Shown here in pieces: positions 1 through 10,289 of a stretch of DNA of 64,000 nt; the stretch's first letter is position 1; the number at the start of each line of letters is the position of its first letter. The position numbers and the translations under genes were made by a program. Under the pieces are notes generated by a model that did no database searches, was not told where the DNA came from, and worked only from the letters and a program-made list of their open reading frames with translations. The stretch is from an uncultured Bacteroidota bacterium (GTDB taxonomy: Bacteria; Bacteroidota; Ignavibacteria; UBA10030; UBA6906), in NCBI GenBank assembly GCA_963700635.1, contig CAVOYH010000003.1:800001-864000 (forward strand). Reading direction: 5' to 3'.

Positions 1-2
1 CG

Positions 3-869
3 GGTATGGGAGGTGGAACCGGGACCGGCGGAGCGCCCCTGGTGGCGAACATTGCCCGGAGCCTTGGAGCGCTTGTTGTCGGTATCGTCACCCGGCCCTT
101 CCATTGTGAGGGTAAACGACGCAGCGCAGTGGCCGAACAGGGCCTCGAAGAACTCCGGAAGCACGTCGATACGCTCATCATTATTCCCAACCAGAAACTT
201 CTCACGATCGTCGAGCGGAATACGCCTCTGACGGAGGCCTTCGATATCGCGAACGAGGTTCTGTACGGCGCAACACGCGGCATATCGGAATTGATCACGG
301 TTCCCGGCCTGATCAATGTCGATTTTGCGGATGTCCGAACCGTGATGCGTGAAATGGGCGACGCCGTTATGGGATCCGGCGAGGCTAGTGGCGAACATCG
401 TGCGGTGGAGGCGGCGCATCTGGCAATCTCCAGTCCACTCCTGGAAGATATCACCATCAGCGGTGCACAGGGCGTGCTCGTCAATATCACCGGCGGCTCC
501 TCGATGTCCCTCGTCGAGGTCGAAGAAGCCACCGAAATCATCCACGAGGCAGCAGGTGAAGAGGCAAACGTCATCCTGGGAGCTGTTATCGATGAAAATA
601 TGACGGATGATATCATGGTAACCGTGATTGCGACGGGCTTCAACCGGAAAGCCCTGAGCGTGTCCTCCTCAGGCCGCCAGGTGAAACCGGTACGCTCCAT
701 CGAGCGTGTACCTTCCGGGGCCTCGGACCTCCAGATCCTGGACGAACCTGCCTATATCCGGCGCGGGGTTTCGCTCCCCACACAACGGGGAGAGAACGAA
801 ACGCCGAAAGAAAAGATTGACAAAACCGATCAGAACAAACCAGCGTTCCTGAGAAAGGTCATGGACTAG
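3..869 (+). CDS. ftsZ: Cell division protein FtsZ (5' end outside the window)
   Basis: Tubulin signature GMGGGTGTG, T7 loop INVDFADV, VTVIATGF and C-terminal peptide PAFLRKVMD. Confidence 0.98.
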   Translation, partial: GMGGGTGTGGAPLVANIARSLGALVVGIVTRPFHCEGKRRSAVAEQGLEELRKHVDTLIIIPNQKLLTIVERNTPLTEAFDIANEVLYGATRGISELITVPGLINVDFADVRTVMREMGDAVMGSGEASGEHRAVEAAHLAISSPLLEDITISGAQGVLVNITGGSSMSLVEVEEATEIIHEAAGEEANVILGAVIDENMTDDIMVTVIATGFNRKALSVSSSGRQVKPVRSIERVPSGASDLQILDEPAYIRRGVSLPTQRGENETPKEKIDKTDQNKPAFLRKVMD

Positions 870-989
870 CGAACAGTGGGTGGCGGTACAGGGGGATTCA
901 ACGGCCCGTGGCGTGTCGAACGCAGGGCGGGCCGAGGGTCAGCGTCAACCGCGTTCATCCTCTCCTGGCACTGCAGGGCAGCTGTGCGG

Positions 990-1018
990 TTGCTTCTTCC
1001 TCCCGAGTTTTCTACTTT
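990..1018 (+). promoter_or_regulatory. Sigma70-type promoter, probably giving a leaderless mRNA
   Basis: TTGCTT(990-995), 17 nt, TACTTT(1013-1018); ATG at 1025 is 6 nt after the -10 and has no SD. Confidence 0.55.
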
Positions 1019-1024
1019 TATTTT

Positions 1025-1693
1025 ATGCGCGTCGCTCTCTTTATCATTCTGCTTGCGGCTGTGACGCTGGAACTGTATCCTCAGACCGGGAAACCGTCAA
1101 GCGCGTTTCGTATCGGCCGCGCAAAATATTCCGGCGGGGGAGATTGGTACAACGATCCGTCCGCCGAAGTCAACCTCCTCACGTTTGCCCAGCGGCAGAC
1201 TGCCCTCGAGGTGGATGCATCCTACCATGCTGTGGAAGTCGGCAGCGAGCAACTGTTTTCCTTCCCCTTCCTCTTTCTGACCGGCCACGGCAATATCTCC
1301 CTCTCTGAACGGGATGCCAGAAACCTGCGTACATACCTCCTGAACGGCGGTTTCTTGTACGCTGACGATGACTATGGCATGGACCGATCGTTCCGCAGAG
1401 AAATGAAAAAGGTATTTCCAGAACGGGATTTTGTCGAACTGCCATTTTCCCACGGTCTCTACCTGTCACCATTTGCGTTTCCGGGCGGACCACCCAAAAC
1501 ACATGCCCACGACGACAAGGCACCACGGGGATTTGGTATCTTTTCGGAAGGACGGCTTGTCGTCTATTACACCGTCGAGAGCAACCCGAGCGACGGTTGG
1601 GCCGATCCCGATGTGCACGGCGACTCCCAGGAAAAGCGGGAAGAAGCGCTGCGGTTCGGCACCAACATTCTCGTTTGGGCTCTGACCCGGTGA
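1025..1693 (+). CDS. DUF4159 family exported protein
   Basis: Signal peptide from ATG 1025; motifs KYSGGGDWY, PFLFLTGHG, YLLNGGFLYADD, ALRFGTNI. Confidence 0.85.
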   Translation: MRVALFIILLAAVTLELYPQTGKPSSAFRIGRAKYSGGGDWYNDPSAEVNLLTFAQRQTALEVDASYHAVEVGSEQLFSFPFLFLTGHGNISLSERDARNLRTYLLNGGFLYADDDYGMDRSFRREMKKVFPERDFVELPFSHGLYLSPFAFPGGPPKTHAHDDKAPRGFGIFSEGRLVVYYTVESNPSDGWADPDVHGDSQEKREEALRFGTNILVWALTR

Positions 1694-4600
1694 CTGCCCT
1701 GGAAGACAACGCGCGCGACAACGCCACCCAGCTCCAGCACCGGCTCCAGCAGCTTCGGCGTCAGGAGTGGAAACAACAGCTCCAGGCAGCCGCACTCCAG
1801 ATCAGTCTCGGCGCTCTGGCCGCATGGGTACTGCTTCTTGCGGTGGAGGCGGTCTTTCACCTCCCGTCGTCGTTCCGGATACTGCTGATCGGGCTGTGTC
1901 TGCTTGCTCTTGCTGCTGCGGTTTTCTGGTTGGCGGGCAGACCACTGGCCCGTTTGCTCGGCCTGCTCCGGCACGAACACGATGATCGGACTGCAGCAAG
2001 GGTTGGCGCCGCATTTCCGGCCATCAAAGACCGGCTCCAGAACCTCCTCCAGCTGATCCGGGAACGCGAGTCGTCGGGACGTTACTATTCCACGGACCTC
2101 ATCGATGCATCATTCAGAGACATGGATGAGACGCTCCGGTCTGTGGACTTTTCCACGATGATCGATCGTGCGTCGGTCCGTTCGCTGGCACGATTCCTCC
2201 CGGCAGCTGTTCTGTTCACAGCGGCGCTGATGGTCCTTCTTCCGGATATGCTCGGGAGCGCGGCATACAGGCTTGTGCATTTCACCGAAGAATTTATCGC
2301 GCCCCCGGCGTACGTCCTCACAGTTTTGCCCGGCGATACAGAAGTTATCAAGGGTGACGATGTTGACATCAGTGTACACATTCAGGGAATCCTCCGTGAT
2401 GCCGTGACCCTCCAGACCCGGCCCGATGGCCAGGGGACGTTCAATGATGTCACCCTTGATCATGCCCCTGACGGTCTCTGGCGCGCGACGCTCCCACGAG
2501 TGCGTGCGTCAACGGAATATCGCGTGCACGTTGGGCCGGTACACAGCAAGACATACGAGCTGAAGGTGCTCGACCGTCCCATCATACGCGTGCTCCGCCT
2601 CTTCCTCAGCTATCCGGCCTATGCCGGCCTCCCAGCCCGGTGGCTGGATGAGAATGTCGGAGATGTACAGGCCCTGGCAGGAACACGGATACGGTTCATG
2701 GTGGAAGCGAGCAAGGAACTTGCCGGCGCGGCAGTAACGTTCAGCGACAGTTCTTCCCTCCTCCTTCAGGTGGCCGGCAGGACCGCTTCGGGAATGTTGA
2801 CCCTGCAACGAGAACGTGTGTATCAGGTGCGGGTGACCGACCGGGATGGAACAGGGAACGCAGATCCGATCAACTACACCCTCCGGCTTGTTGCAGATGC
2901 CGTTCCCACCGTTACGATTGTTGCTCCAGGCACAAATCTGGACGTCGTGGGGGATGAAGAACTGTCCATGCTCTTCCACCTTTCCGATGACTTCGGGATT
3001 TCCCGGCTCCGGCTTGCGCACAAGCTGATACATTCCCGATATGAACCACCGGCAGAACAATACACCGTCGTTGATATTCCCCTCTCCGGTCGTGCAGGCC
3101 TGGATTGGCTGGTTCCCTTCGCATGGAAATTAAGCACACTCCGGCTTGCTCCGGAAGACGTTGTGCAGTATTACGCAGAGGTGTTTGACAACGATGCCAC
3201 AGCGGGTCCGAAATCGGCCCTGAGCGGAACATTCACTCTCCGTCTACCCTCCATTGACGAGATCTTTGCCGATATCGATAAGGGACACGAGACCACGCGG
3301 GAGACGCTTGCCGATGCTCTGAAGCAGGCACAGGAAGCAAAAAAGGAGATGGACGATCTCTCGCGTGAACTCAAGAAACCCCAGGAGCGAGTGAGCTGGG
3401 AAGAACAGAAAAAGGCCGAAGAGCTCGCACAGCGTTATCAGGAGATCCAGAAACAACTGACCGAAGTGCAGCAGACGGTGGATAAGATGCTGAGCGAAAT
3501 GCAGAAGAACAACGTCCTTTCCCAGGAGACGTTGCAGAAATACCAGGAGTTGCAGCAGGTTATGGAGCAGATGAATTCTCCGGAATTCGCTGAGGCGATG
3601 AAACGACTGCAACAGTCAATGCAGCAGATGACACCCGACGCGATGAAGCAGGCTCTCCAGCAGTTTTCATTTTCTGAGGAACAATTCAGAAAGAGCATTG
3701 AACGGACACTCAATCTGCTCAAACGTATCCAGATTGAACAGAAGATGGACGAGGTGGTGAAGCGGGCCGAAGAGATGTACAACCTTCAGAAACAACTCGC
3801 CGCTCAGGCGCCGGAGGATTCTGAAAAAAGCCAGAGCGCTGCACGGGAACAGGATGACCAGCACAAACGGTATCAGGCCATGCGGCAGGAACTGCAGAAC
3901 CTGAAGAGCAAAATGGAAGAATTTCCGGCGGAGATGCCGTTGACAGAGATGGAACATCTGCAGGAGACGATGGAAAAAGCAGATCTGGACCGGCTGCTGC
4001 AGCAGATTGCTGAAGCCCTCCGCCAACAGCAAACGCAGCAGGCCTCACAACAGCAGGAGCAGGCCCAGCGGTCGATGGGAAACATGCTGCAGGAATTACA
4101 GGAGATGCAGCAGCAGATGCGACAGAATCAGCAACGGCAGATTATTCAGGAAATGCGGCGCGCGGCACGGGACCTGCTGGAACTCTCCGGTCGCCAGGAG
4201 GACCTGAAGAATTCGTCACGCGCTCTGGATCCCTCCTCACAGCAATTCAGGGAGAACGCGCAGGAACAAATGAACGTCCTCCGTGACCTGGGAAATGTCA
4301 CGAGTCGCATTGCCGCGCTCTCGCAGAAAACCTTCGGCATCTCTCCGGAAATGGGGAAATCAATCGGAGATGCAATACAGCGGATGAACGACGCATTACG
4401 ATCGCTTGATCAACGGAACGGGAGCGGCGCCGCGCAACAGCAAGCGGCGGCAATGGGGGCCCTGAATCAGACTGCCCAGCAACTACAGGCTGCTGCCCAG
4501 GGCATGGCACGGGGGGGCGGACAGGGAATGGGCATGGCGGGTTTTTTGCAAAGACTCCAGCAGCTCGGCGGACAGCAGCAGGGAATTAACGACGGTACGA

Positions 4601-5055
4601 GAGGGCTGACGCCGGAGGAGGGGGCCGAGCTGGGCCGGCTTGCCGGCGAGCAGGGTATGGTACGAAAATCGCTGGAGGAACTGGCGCGCGAAGCATCCCG
4701 TGCGGGTGAATTGAGCAAGCTCCTCGGTGACCTGCACCGGGTGGCCACTGATATGCGCGAGGTGCAAACCGACATGGCACAGGGAAACGTCAACCCGGAA
4801 ACACTGGACAAACAAGATCGGATTCTCTCACGGCTTCTTGATGCGCAGCGCTCCATGCGCGAACGTGATTTCGAAAAACGACGCAAAGCCGAAACAGGCA
4901 AAAATGTTGCACGGCAGAGTCCGGCCCCGCTGGACGGTCGTACCCTGGAGGGGCGTAACCGGCTGCAACGCGACCTGCTCCGGGCACTCGAAGAAGGATA
5001 TGCCCGTGACTACGAAGACCTCATCAAGAAATACTTTGAGGCATTGCAGCGATGA
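1690..5055 (+). CDS. DUF4175-like membrane-anchored protein with Ig-like domains and a long Gln-rich coiled coil
   Basis: GTGA overlap with the upstream stop; N-terminal TM helices, beta-rich middle (DDFGIS motif), Q/M/E-rich coiled coil, C-terminal YEDLIKKYFEAL. Confidence 0.75.
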   Translation: MTALEDNARDNATQLQHRLQQLRRQEWKQQLQAAALQISLGALAAWVLLLAVEAVFHLPSSFRILLIGLCLLALAAAVFWLAGRPLARLLGLLRHEHDDRTAARVGAAFPAIKDRLQNLLQLIRERESSGRYYSTDLIDASFRDMDETLRSVDFSTMIDRASVRSLARFLPAAVLFTAALMVLLPDMLGSAAYRLVHFTEEFIAPPAYVLTVLPGDTEVIKGDDVDISVHIQGILRDAVTLQTRPDGQGTFNDVTLDHAPDGLWRATLPRVRASTEYRVHVGPVHSKTYELKVLDRPIIRVLRLFLSYPAYAGLPARWLDENVGDVQALAGTRIRFMVEASKELAGAAVTFSDSSSLLLQVAGRTASGMLTLQRERVYQVRVTDRDGTGNADPINYTLRLVADAVPTVTIVAPGTNLDVVGDEELSMLFHLSDDFGISRLRLAHKLIHSRYEPPAEQYTVVDIPLSGRAGLDWLVPFAWKLSTLRLAPEDVVQYYAEVFDNDATAGPKSALSGTFTLRLPSIDEIFADIDKGHETTRETLADALKQAQEAKKEMDDLSRELKKPQERVSWEEQKKAEELAQRYQEIQKQLTEVQQTVDKMLSEMQKNNVLSQETLQKYQELQQVMEQMNSPEFAEAMKRLQQSMQQMTPDAMKQALQQFSFSEEQFRKSIERTLNLLKRIQIEQKMDEVVKRAEEMYNLQKQLAAQAPEDSEKSQSAAREQDDQHKRYQAMRQELQNLKSKMEEFPAEMPLTEMEHLQETMEKADLDRLLQQIAEALRQQQTQQASQQQEQAQRSMGNMLQELQEMQQQMRQNQQRQIIQEMRRAARDLLELSGRQEDLKNSSRALDPSSQQFRENAQEQMNVLRDLGNVTSRIAALSQKTFGISPEMGKSIGDAIQRMNDALRSLDQRNGSGAAQQQAAAMGALNQTAQQLQAAAQGMARGGGQGMGMAGFLQRLQQLGGQQQGINDGTRGLTPEEGAELGRLAGEQGMVRKSLEELAREASRAGELSKLLGDLHRVATDMREVQTDMAQGNVNPETLDKQDRILSRLLDAQRSMRERDFEKRRKAETGKNVARQSPAPLDGRTLEGRNRLQRDLLRALEEGYARDYEDLIKKYFEALQR

Positions 5056-6233
5056 CACCCTCTGTCTTCGCAGAGATGCTCCACCGCACGTACCCGGACT
5101 ACCGGTTGGACCACCTTCACCCCGGGGTCTGCCAGTATGAACAAATCCGTCGCGAACTTCGGGATCTCGTTGACCGCAGCGAATCCCTGTGTACGATGGA
5201 AAACATTGGAATGTCCGTCGAAGGGCGTATGCTTTCGATGGTTCACCTTGGGAAGGGGAGCCGTCGCGTGTTGCTCTGGTCACAGATGCATGGCGACGAG
5301 CCCACGGCGACGCTTGCTCTCCTTGACATTCTCAACCGTATTCTTCTCGGACGCGAAGAGGAGTGGGTGCGCGTCATGCTGCAGGAACTGTCCATCTCTA
5401 TTATCCCACTTCTTAATCCTGATGGCGCAGAGTTGCGGCAACGCCGGAATGGTACCGGCATTGACATCAACCGTGACGCGCAGGCCTTGAGTACGCCGGA
5501 GGCACAGGCCTTAAGTCGTGTCCACTCGCGATTACGCCCCGATTTCGGATTTAATCTTCATGACCAGGAGCTCAGTTCGGTGGGCGACTCACCGCACCCT
5601 GCGGCCATGTCCCTGCTTGCACCTGCCGCATCAACTGATCGGAAAACAACAAACACCCGCCTGCGCGCCATGCGGGTCTGTGCCCTGATCAGCCGGATTC
5701 TGGAACCGTACGGTCGGGGGCGGATAACACGATATGATGATTCCTATGAACCGCGCGCTTTTGGAGAAACATTCCAGGCCTCTGGTACGAGCACGATATT
5801 GATGGAATCCGGACACTGGCCCAGAGACCCCCAGAAAGCATACGTACGGGAGCTAAATGTCGTGGCAATCCTCACCGCGCTCCGGTCCATTGCCAGTGGC
5901 AGTTATGAAGACACGGAATTGGATTATTACCACCGTCTGCCGCCAAACGGGAAGTATGTGGTTGATCTTCTGATTCGTGGCGTCCATCTTCTTCACTCCT
6001 CCGGCTGGGAACATGTGGTAGATGTCGGCGTCATGTTCCAGAAGTCCCATGATGTAGTCAAAATCAAAGACATCGGTGACCTGCATACCTTCGGTGGCCT
6101 GGAGACCCTTGAGCTTGCAGACCGGACGATATCAGCGGAAAAGCTCCATGTGGATGCGGTATTCCACACGCGGGATCTGTTCGACGCCCTGCAGACCTAT
6201 TATCCATACACGCCGCTGGCGTTCCGCCCTTGA
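5052..6233 (+). CDS. M14 family zinc carboxypeptidase-like protein
   Basis: SQMHGDE (HxxE), LNPDG, DINRD, NLHDQ; ATGA overlap with the upstream gene. Confidence 0.88.
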   Translation: MTPSVFAEMLHRTYPDYRLDHLHPGVCQYEQIRRELRDLVDRSESLCTMENIGMSVEGRMLSMVHLGKGSRRVLLWSQMHGDEPTATLALLDILNRILLGREEEWVRVMLQELSISIIPLLNPDGAELRQRRNGTGIDINRDAQALSTPEAQALSRVHSRLRPDFGFNLHDQELSSVGDSPHPAAMSLLAPAASTDRKTTNTRLRAMRVCALISRILEPYGRGRITRYDDSYEPRAFGETFQASGTSTILMESGHWPRDPQKAYVRELNVVAILTALRSIASGSYEDTELDYYHRLPPNGKYVVDLLIRGVHLLHSSGWEHVVDVGVMFQKSHDVVKIKDIGDLHTFGGLETLELADRTISAEKLHVDAVFHTRDLFDALQTYYPYTPLAFRP

Positions 6234-6258
6234 CACTCTGAAAAGAATCCCGTACCAT
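6230..6258 (+). promoter_or_regulatory. Sigma70-type promoter of the ECF sigma/anti-sigma pair
   Basis: TTGACA(6230-6235), 17 nt, TACCAT(6253-6258). Confidence 0.6.
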
Positions 6259-6301
6259 TTTTTTTACGGCGTTCTCCTTGTTGCGCATTATCGGACCGTT
6301 C

Positions 6302-6874
6302 ATGAAGGCTACCGGAGGAACATTACAGCAACGCGAGTTTGAAACTGAGGCCCTCCCCCACGCGGACCTTCTCTACAACTATGCCCTCCGGATGACCAAC
6401 AACACGGCCGACGCGGACGATCTTGTCCAGGAGACCTTTCTCAAAGCCTACCGGTTCTGGGACAAATATGAGAAGGGAACCAATATCCGGGCGTGGTTGT
6501 TCAGAATCATGAAAAACTCCTATATCAATCGGTATCGGCGGGAAGCAAAAGAACCCGATACGGTTGATTACAACGAGATTCAGAACTTTTACAATACCAT
6601 CCGTGATGAGACGGCGGACCCGAACGGCGCGCAGGAGTCGGCATTCGGGAATCTGCTGGATGATGATGTTGCAACGGCAATTGCCGATTTACCGGAAGAT
6701 TTCCGGACGGTTGTCATACTGTGCGACATTGAGGGATTGACGTACGAAGAGATTGCGGAATTTCTCGACTGTCCACTTGGCACTGTCCGGTCCCGACTCC
6801 ATCGGGGTCGAAGTCTCTTGCGAAGCAGACTGCTGAAATATGCAAAAGACCGGGGCTATGCGGTGGAGGGGTGA
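6302..6874 (+). CDS. ECF sigma-70 factor
   Basis: Region 2 ADDLVQETFLKAY/AWLFRIMKN; region 4 LTYEEIAEFLDCPLGTVRSRLHRGR. Confidence 0.93.
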   Translation: MKATGGTLQQREFETEALPHADLLYNYALRMTNNTADADDLVQETFLKAYRFWDKYEKGTNIRAWLFRIMKNSYINRYRREAKEPDTVDYNEIQNFYNTIRDETADPNGAQESAFGNLLDDDVATAIADLPEDFRTVVILCDIEGLTYEEIAEFLDCPLGTVRSRLHRGRSLLRSRLLKYAKDRGYAVEG

Positions 6875-6925
6875 TGCGGGGCAGATCAACGATAGTGCGG
6901 AGGAAGGGAATCAGGAATAGACACG

Positions 6926-7762
6926 GTGAATTGTCAGGAATTTGAAGAACATATCACGCCAGCCGTAGATCAGTACCTCCAGGGAAGCGAGAAGTCATCG
7001 TTCCATGACCACGCCTCCCGTTGTCCGCAATGCCGACGGGCTTTTGAGGCAGAGCGCTTTGTCAAGACATTTGTACAGAAGCGTCTGCATATCGTACACA
7101 CGCCGCGAGCAGTCACCGACTCGATTATGGAAGGTACCCGCACAAGAGTTCCCGGCGTTCTCTCCCCGATGACACGTTGGCAGCCGTTCCGACAGCCGGC
7201 TTCACTCCGTTACCTCATCGCAGCTGCCGCCACCGTTGTTGTTGCGTATCTTTTCTTTTCGGTTCCTGCTCCAGACGCCACGCTGTTGCCCGCCGCACGT
7301 GCTGATGTTCTGTCACAGTCAGCGTTGACGTATGCCGGCATCCTTGCGGGCCAGTTGAAACCCCAAATTGAGTCGCCCCGGCCCGAAGTGCTTGAAGCCT
7401 TTTTCTCGGGCAAGACCGGTTTCCCGGTTCATGTACCCGACGTACGCGATTACACCCCGGTCGGAGCTCTGCTTAATGAAACATCCGGCGTTCCACTCGC
7501 CCATCTTGTGTACGCCGGAGGCGGAAATACCGTGTATATTTATCAGACCTGCTGGACCACGGTCCAGGACGGTCAGAAGCTCGATCTTCCTGAGCGGATC
7601 AAGGATATCCTTCGCACGGGCCGTCCGTATGTTGAAGAAGATGCAGATGGTCGTACCCTGGTGCTCTGGACAGAAGGTCGGACCCTGTGTGGCGCGATCG
7701 CGCAGATGCACAAACAGGATCTACTCTCCCATTTGCCGCTCGCTCAGGCATCCCTCTTCTGA
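6926..7762 (+). CDS. Zinc-binding (zf-HC2/ZAS) transmembrane anti-sigma factor
   Basis: N-terminal MNC..HxxxCxxC (HASRCPQC), one TM helix and a C-terminal extracytoplasmic domain; follows the ECF sigma. Confidence 0.85.
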   Translation: MNCQEFEEHITPAVDQYLQGSEKSSFHDHASRCPQCRRAFEAERFVKTFVQKRLHIVHTPRAVTDSIMEGTRTRVPGVLSPMTRWQPFRQPASLRYLIAAAATVVVAYLFFSVPAPDATLLPAARADVLSQSALTYAGILAGQLKPQIESPRPEVLEAFFSGKTGFPVHVPDVRDYTPVGALLNETSGVPLAHLVYAGGGNTVYIYQTCWTTVQDGQKLDLPERIKDILRTGRPYVEEDADGRTLVLWTEGRTLCGAIAQMHKQDLLSHLPLAQASLF

Positions 7763-7792
7763 TCGCCTTTCACCCGCCGTCTTGTCGTTACC

Positions 7793-7821
7793 TTGACAAA
7801 CGCGCAATATCTTGGTACCTT
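7793..7821 (+). promoter_or_regulatory. Sigma70-type promoter of lon-dnaX
   Basis: TTGACA(7793-7798), 17 nt, TACCTT(7816-7821), with an extended -10 TG. Confidence 0.65.
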
Positions 7822-7852
7822 ATTTTGCTAGGCCCACCACTAATGAAAATCC

Positions 7853-10279
7853 ATGGATTCTGAAACCGTTCAAAACCCGTCACCAACGCCGGGTCCCCCC
7901 GAAAGCGTCCCGTCCCGGCTGCCCGTTCTTCCGCTCCGGGACGTGGTCATCTATCCGTACATGATTTTTCCGGTGCTTGTGGGCCGGGAGTCTTCTCTCC
8001 GTGCAGTTACTGATGCCGTGGAACGTGACAAGACCATATTCCTTGTTGCCCAGAAGACTTCCGTGACGGAAGAACCCGGTGTTGAGGATGTGTACCGTGA
8101 AGGAACGATAGCCCGCATTATTCAGGTACTCAAACTTCCCAATGGGTTGATGAAAATCCTGGTCGATGGGCTTGTGCAGGCGCACATCGAACGGTTTGTG
8201 CCCAACCCGAAATACCTTGAGGCAGAAGTCCAGATTAACGCACCGCCCCCAACGATGGATTCAGAGCTTGATGCTCTCCTTCGCCACACCTCGAGTCTTT
8301 TTGCCGAGTATGTTCATCTGAACCGTAATGTCCCCAGCGAAGTGCTGGTTGCGTTCGAAAACACACGCGAACCTCTCCGCCGGGTGTACTATATTGCAGC
8401 GAACATTTTGCAGAGTGTCGACGTAAAACAGCGGATCCTCCAGCTGTTGAGTATCCGGGAACAGCTGCATGAACTCATCCGGATCCTGAACTCGGAAAAC
8501 GACGTTCTCAAAATTGAAAAAGAAATCGATACAAAAGTCCACGACAATATCGCGAAGTCACAACGGAAGTTCTTTATTCAAGAACAGATACGAATTCTCC
8601 AGGATGAATTGGGAGATGAAGAGACCTCTCCCGAGCTGGTGAAGTTGAGGGAAGACATCCGGAAGGCAAAAATGCCCAAGAGCGTCGAGGACAAGGCGCT
8701 CGAGGAATTCTCAAAGTTGAAGAAAACGCCTCCCATGTCCCCGGAGTCCACCGTCATCCGGGGTTATCTTGACTGGATGATCGCCGTGCCGTGGCACAAG
8801 CGCACACGCGACAACCTTCGTGTCGACCATGTAAAGACTATTCTGGACGAGGATCATTTTGGACTGGAGAAGCCTAAGGAGCGGATTCTCGAACACATTG
8901 CGGTGTTGAACCTTGTACGGGAAATGAAGGGGCAGATACTGTGCTTTGTGGGCCCTCCGGGGGTCGGCAAAACATCGCTGGCAAAATCCATTGCGCGTGC
9001 TTTGGGACGACCGCTGGTCCGGATCTCACTCGGAGGAATGCGGGATGAGGCGGAAATACGCGGACACCGCCGGACGTATATCGGGTCAATGCCCGGCAAG
9101 ATCATCCAATCCATGAAGCGGGCGGGGGTGATCACCCCCCTGATGCTGCTGGATGAAGTGGACAAAATGAGCATGGATTTCCGCGGTGATCCGTCCGCGG
9201 CGCTGCTTGAAGTTCTCGATCCGGAACAAAATGTGGCCTTTAATGACCATTACCTGGATGTGGATTATGATCTGTCACACGTGATGTTTATCACCACCGC
9301 AAACATCCGCTATGCGATCCCTCTTCCCCTGCAGGATCGTATGGAGATTATTGAGTTGCCGGGATACCTCCACCATGACAAGGTTGAAATCGCGCGCCGC
9401 CATATCATACCAAAACAGCTCAAAGAACACGGACTCGAAAAACGGCGCGTGGAAATCAAAGATTCCGCCATTTCAAAAATTATTACCGACTACACGCGGG
9501 AGGCCGGGGTCCGGAACCTGGAGCGCGAAATTGCCTCCGTGTGCCGCAAAGTTGCAAAAGAAATGGTGACGCTTCCCCGTGGCAAGAACAAGAAGAAGAT
9601 CAAAAACACAAAAGCGGTCGGTATCTTCACTGTTGATGCCGAACGGGTTGAACAATATCTCGGTGTACCCAGATTCCGCAACAGGAAGAAAAGCAACGAA
9701 CACCGTGTCGGTTCCGTGACCGGTCTTGCATGGACGAGTGTTGGCGGCGACATCCTGAACGTGGATGTAAGTGTGATGCGGGGGCAGGAAAAGCTCACCC
9801 TCACCGGCCAATTGGGTGATGTGATGAAAGAATCAGCACAGGCCGCGTTGAGCTATCTTCGCTCTCACGCTCGTTCTCTTGGACTCTCGACAACATTTTT
9901 CAAGGGGCAGGAGATACACATCCATCTCCCCGAGGGCGCGATACCCAAAGATGGTCCGTCAGCCGGCATCACCATGGCCATGGCGATGTATTCGGCCATC
10001 AGCGGAAAAGCGGCTCGCAGTGATGTCGCCATGACGGGTGAAATCACCCTGCGGGGGGAAGTGCTGAGTATCGGGGGACTCAACGAGAAACTCCTTGCAG
10101 CCCAACGGAGCGGAATCACGACCGTCCTCATCCCGCAGGAAAACATGAAGGACCTGTCGGAAATTCCCGACAAAGTCAAAGAAGGGTTACAGTTGATCCC
10201 CATCAGCCGGATTGAAGAAGCGCTGCACCATGTCTTTGGCAAACACCGTGTTTCGAAATCCCGAGGTGCACAATCGTAA
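7853..10279 (+). CDS. lon: ATP-dependent Lon protease
   Basis: LPVLPLRD N-domain, Walker A GPPGVGKTS, Walker B LLDEVDK, catalytic PKDGPSAG. Confidence 0.98.
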   Translation: MDSETVQNPSPTPGPPESVPSRLPVLPLRDVVIYPYMIFPVLVGRESSLRAVTDAVERDKTIFLVAQKTSVTEEPGVEDVYREGTIARIIQVLKLPNGLMKILVDGLVQAHIERFVPNPKYLEAEVQINAPPPTMDSELDALLRHTSSLFAEYVHLNRNVPSEVLVAFENTREPLRRVYYIAANILQSVDVKQRILQLLSIREQLHELIRILNSENDVLKIEKEIDTKVHDNIAKSQRKFFIQEQIRILQDELGDEETSPELVKLREDIRKAKMPKSVEDKALEEFSKLKKTPPMSPESTVIRGYLDWMIAVPWHKRTRDNLRVDHVKTILDEDHFGLEKPKERILEHIAVLNLVREMKGQILCFVGPPGVGKTSLAKSIARALGRPLVRISLGGMRDEAEIRGHRRTYIGSMPGKIIQSMKRAGVITPLMLLDEVDKMSMDFRGDPSAALLEVLDPEQNVAFNDHYLDVDYDLSHVMFITTANIRYAIPLPLQDRMEIIELPGYLHHDKVEIARRHIIPKQLKEHGLEKRRVEIKDSAISKIITDYTREAGVRNLEREIASVCRKVAKEMVTLPRGKNKKKIKNTKAVGIFTVDAERVEQYLGVPRFRNRKKSNEHRVGSVTGLAWTSVGGDILNVDVSVMRGQEKLTLTGQLGDVMKESAQAALSYLRSHARSLGLSTTFFKGQEIHIHLPEGAIPKDGPSAGITMAMAMYSAISGKAARSDVAMTGEITLRGEVLSIGGLNEKLLAAQRSGITTVLIPQENMKDLSEIPDKVKEGLQLIPISRIEEALHHVFGKHRVSKSRGAQS

Positions 10280-10289
10280 GACGCCGTCT

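Noticed and set aside
903-933. GC-rich hairpin after ftsZ (GGCCCG...CGGGCC)
   Set aside because: No U tract and no match to an RNA family I recognise; cannot be called a terminator or ncRNA
3300-4600. CAG-rich quasi-repeats
   Set aside because: Explained by the Gln-rich coiled-coil coding sequence; not a DNA repeat array
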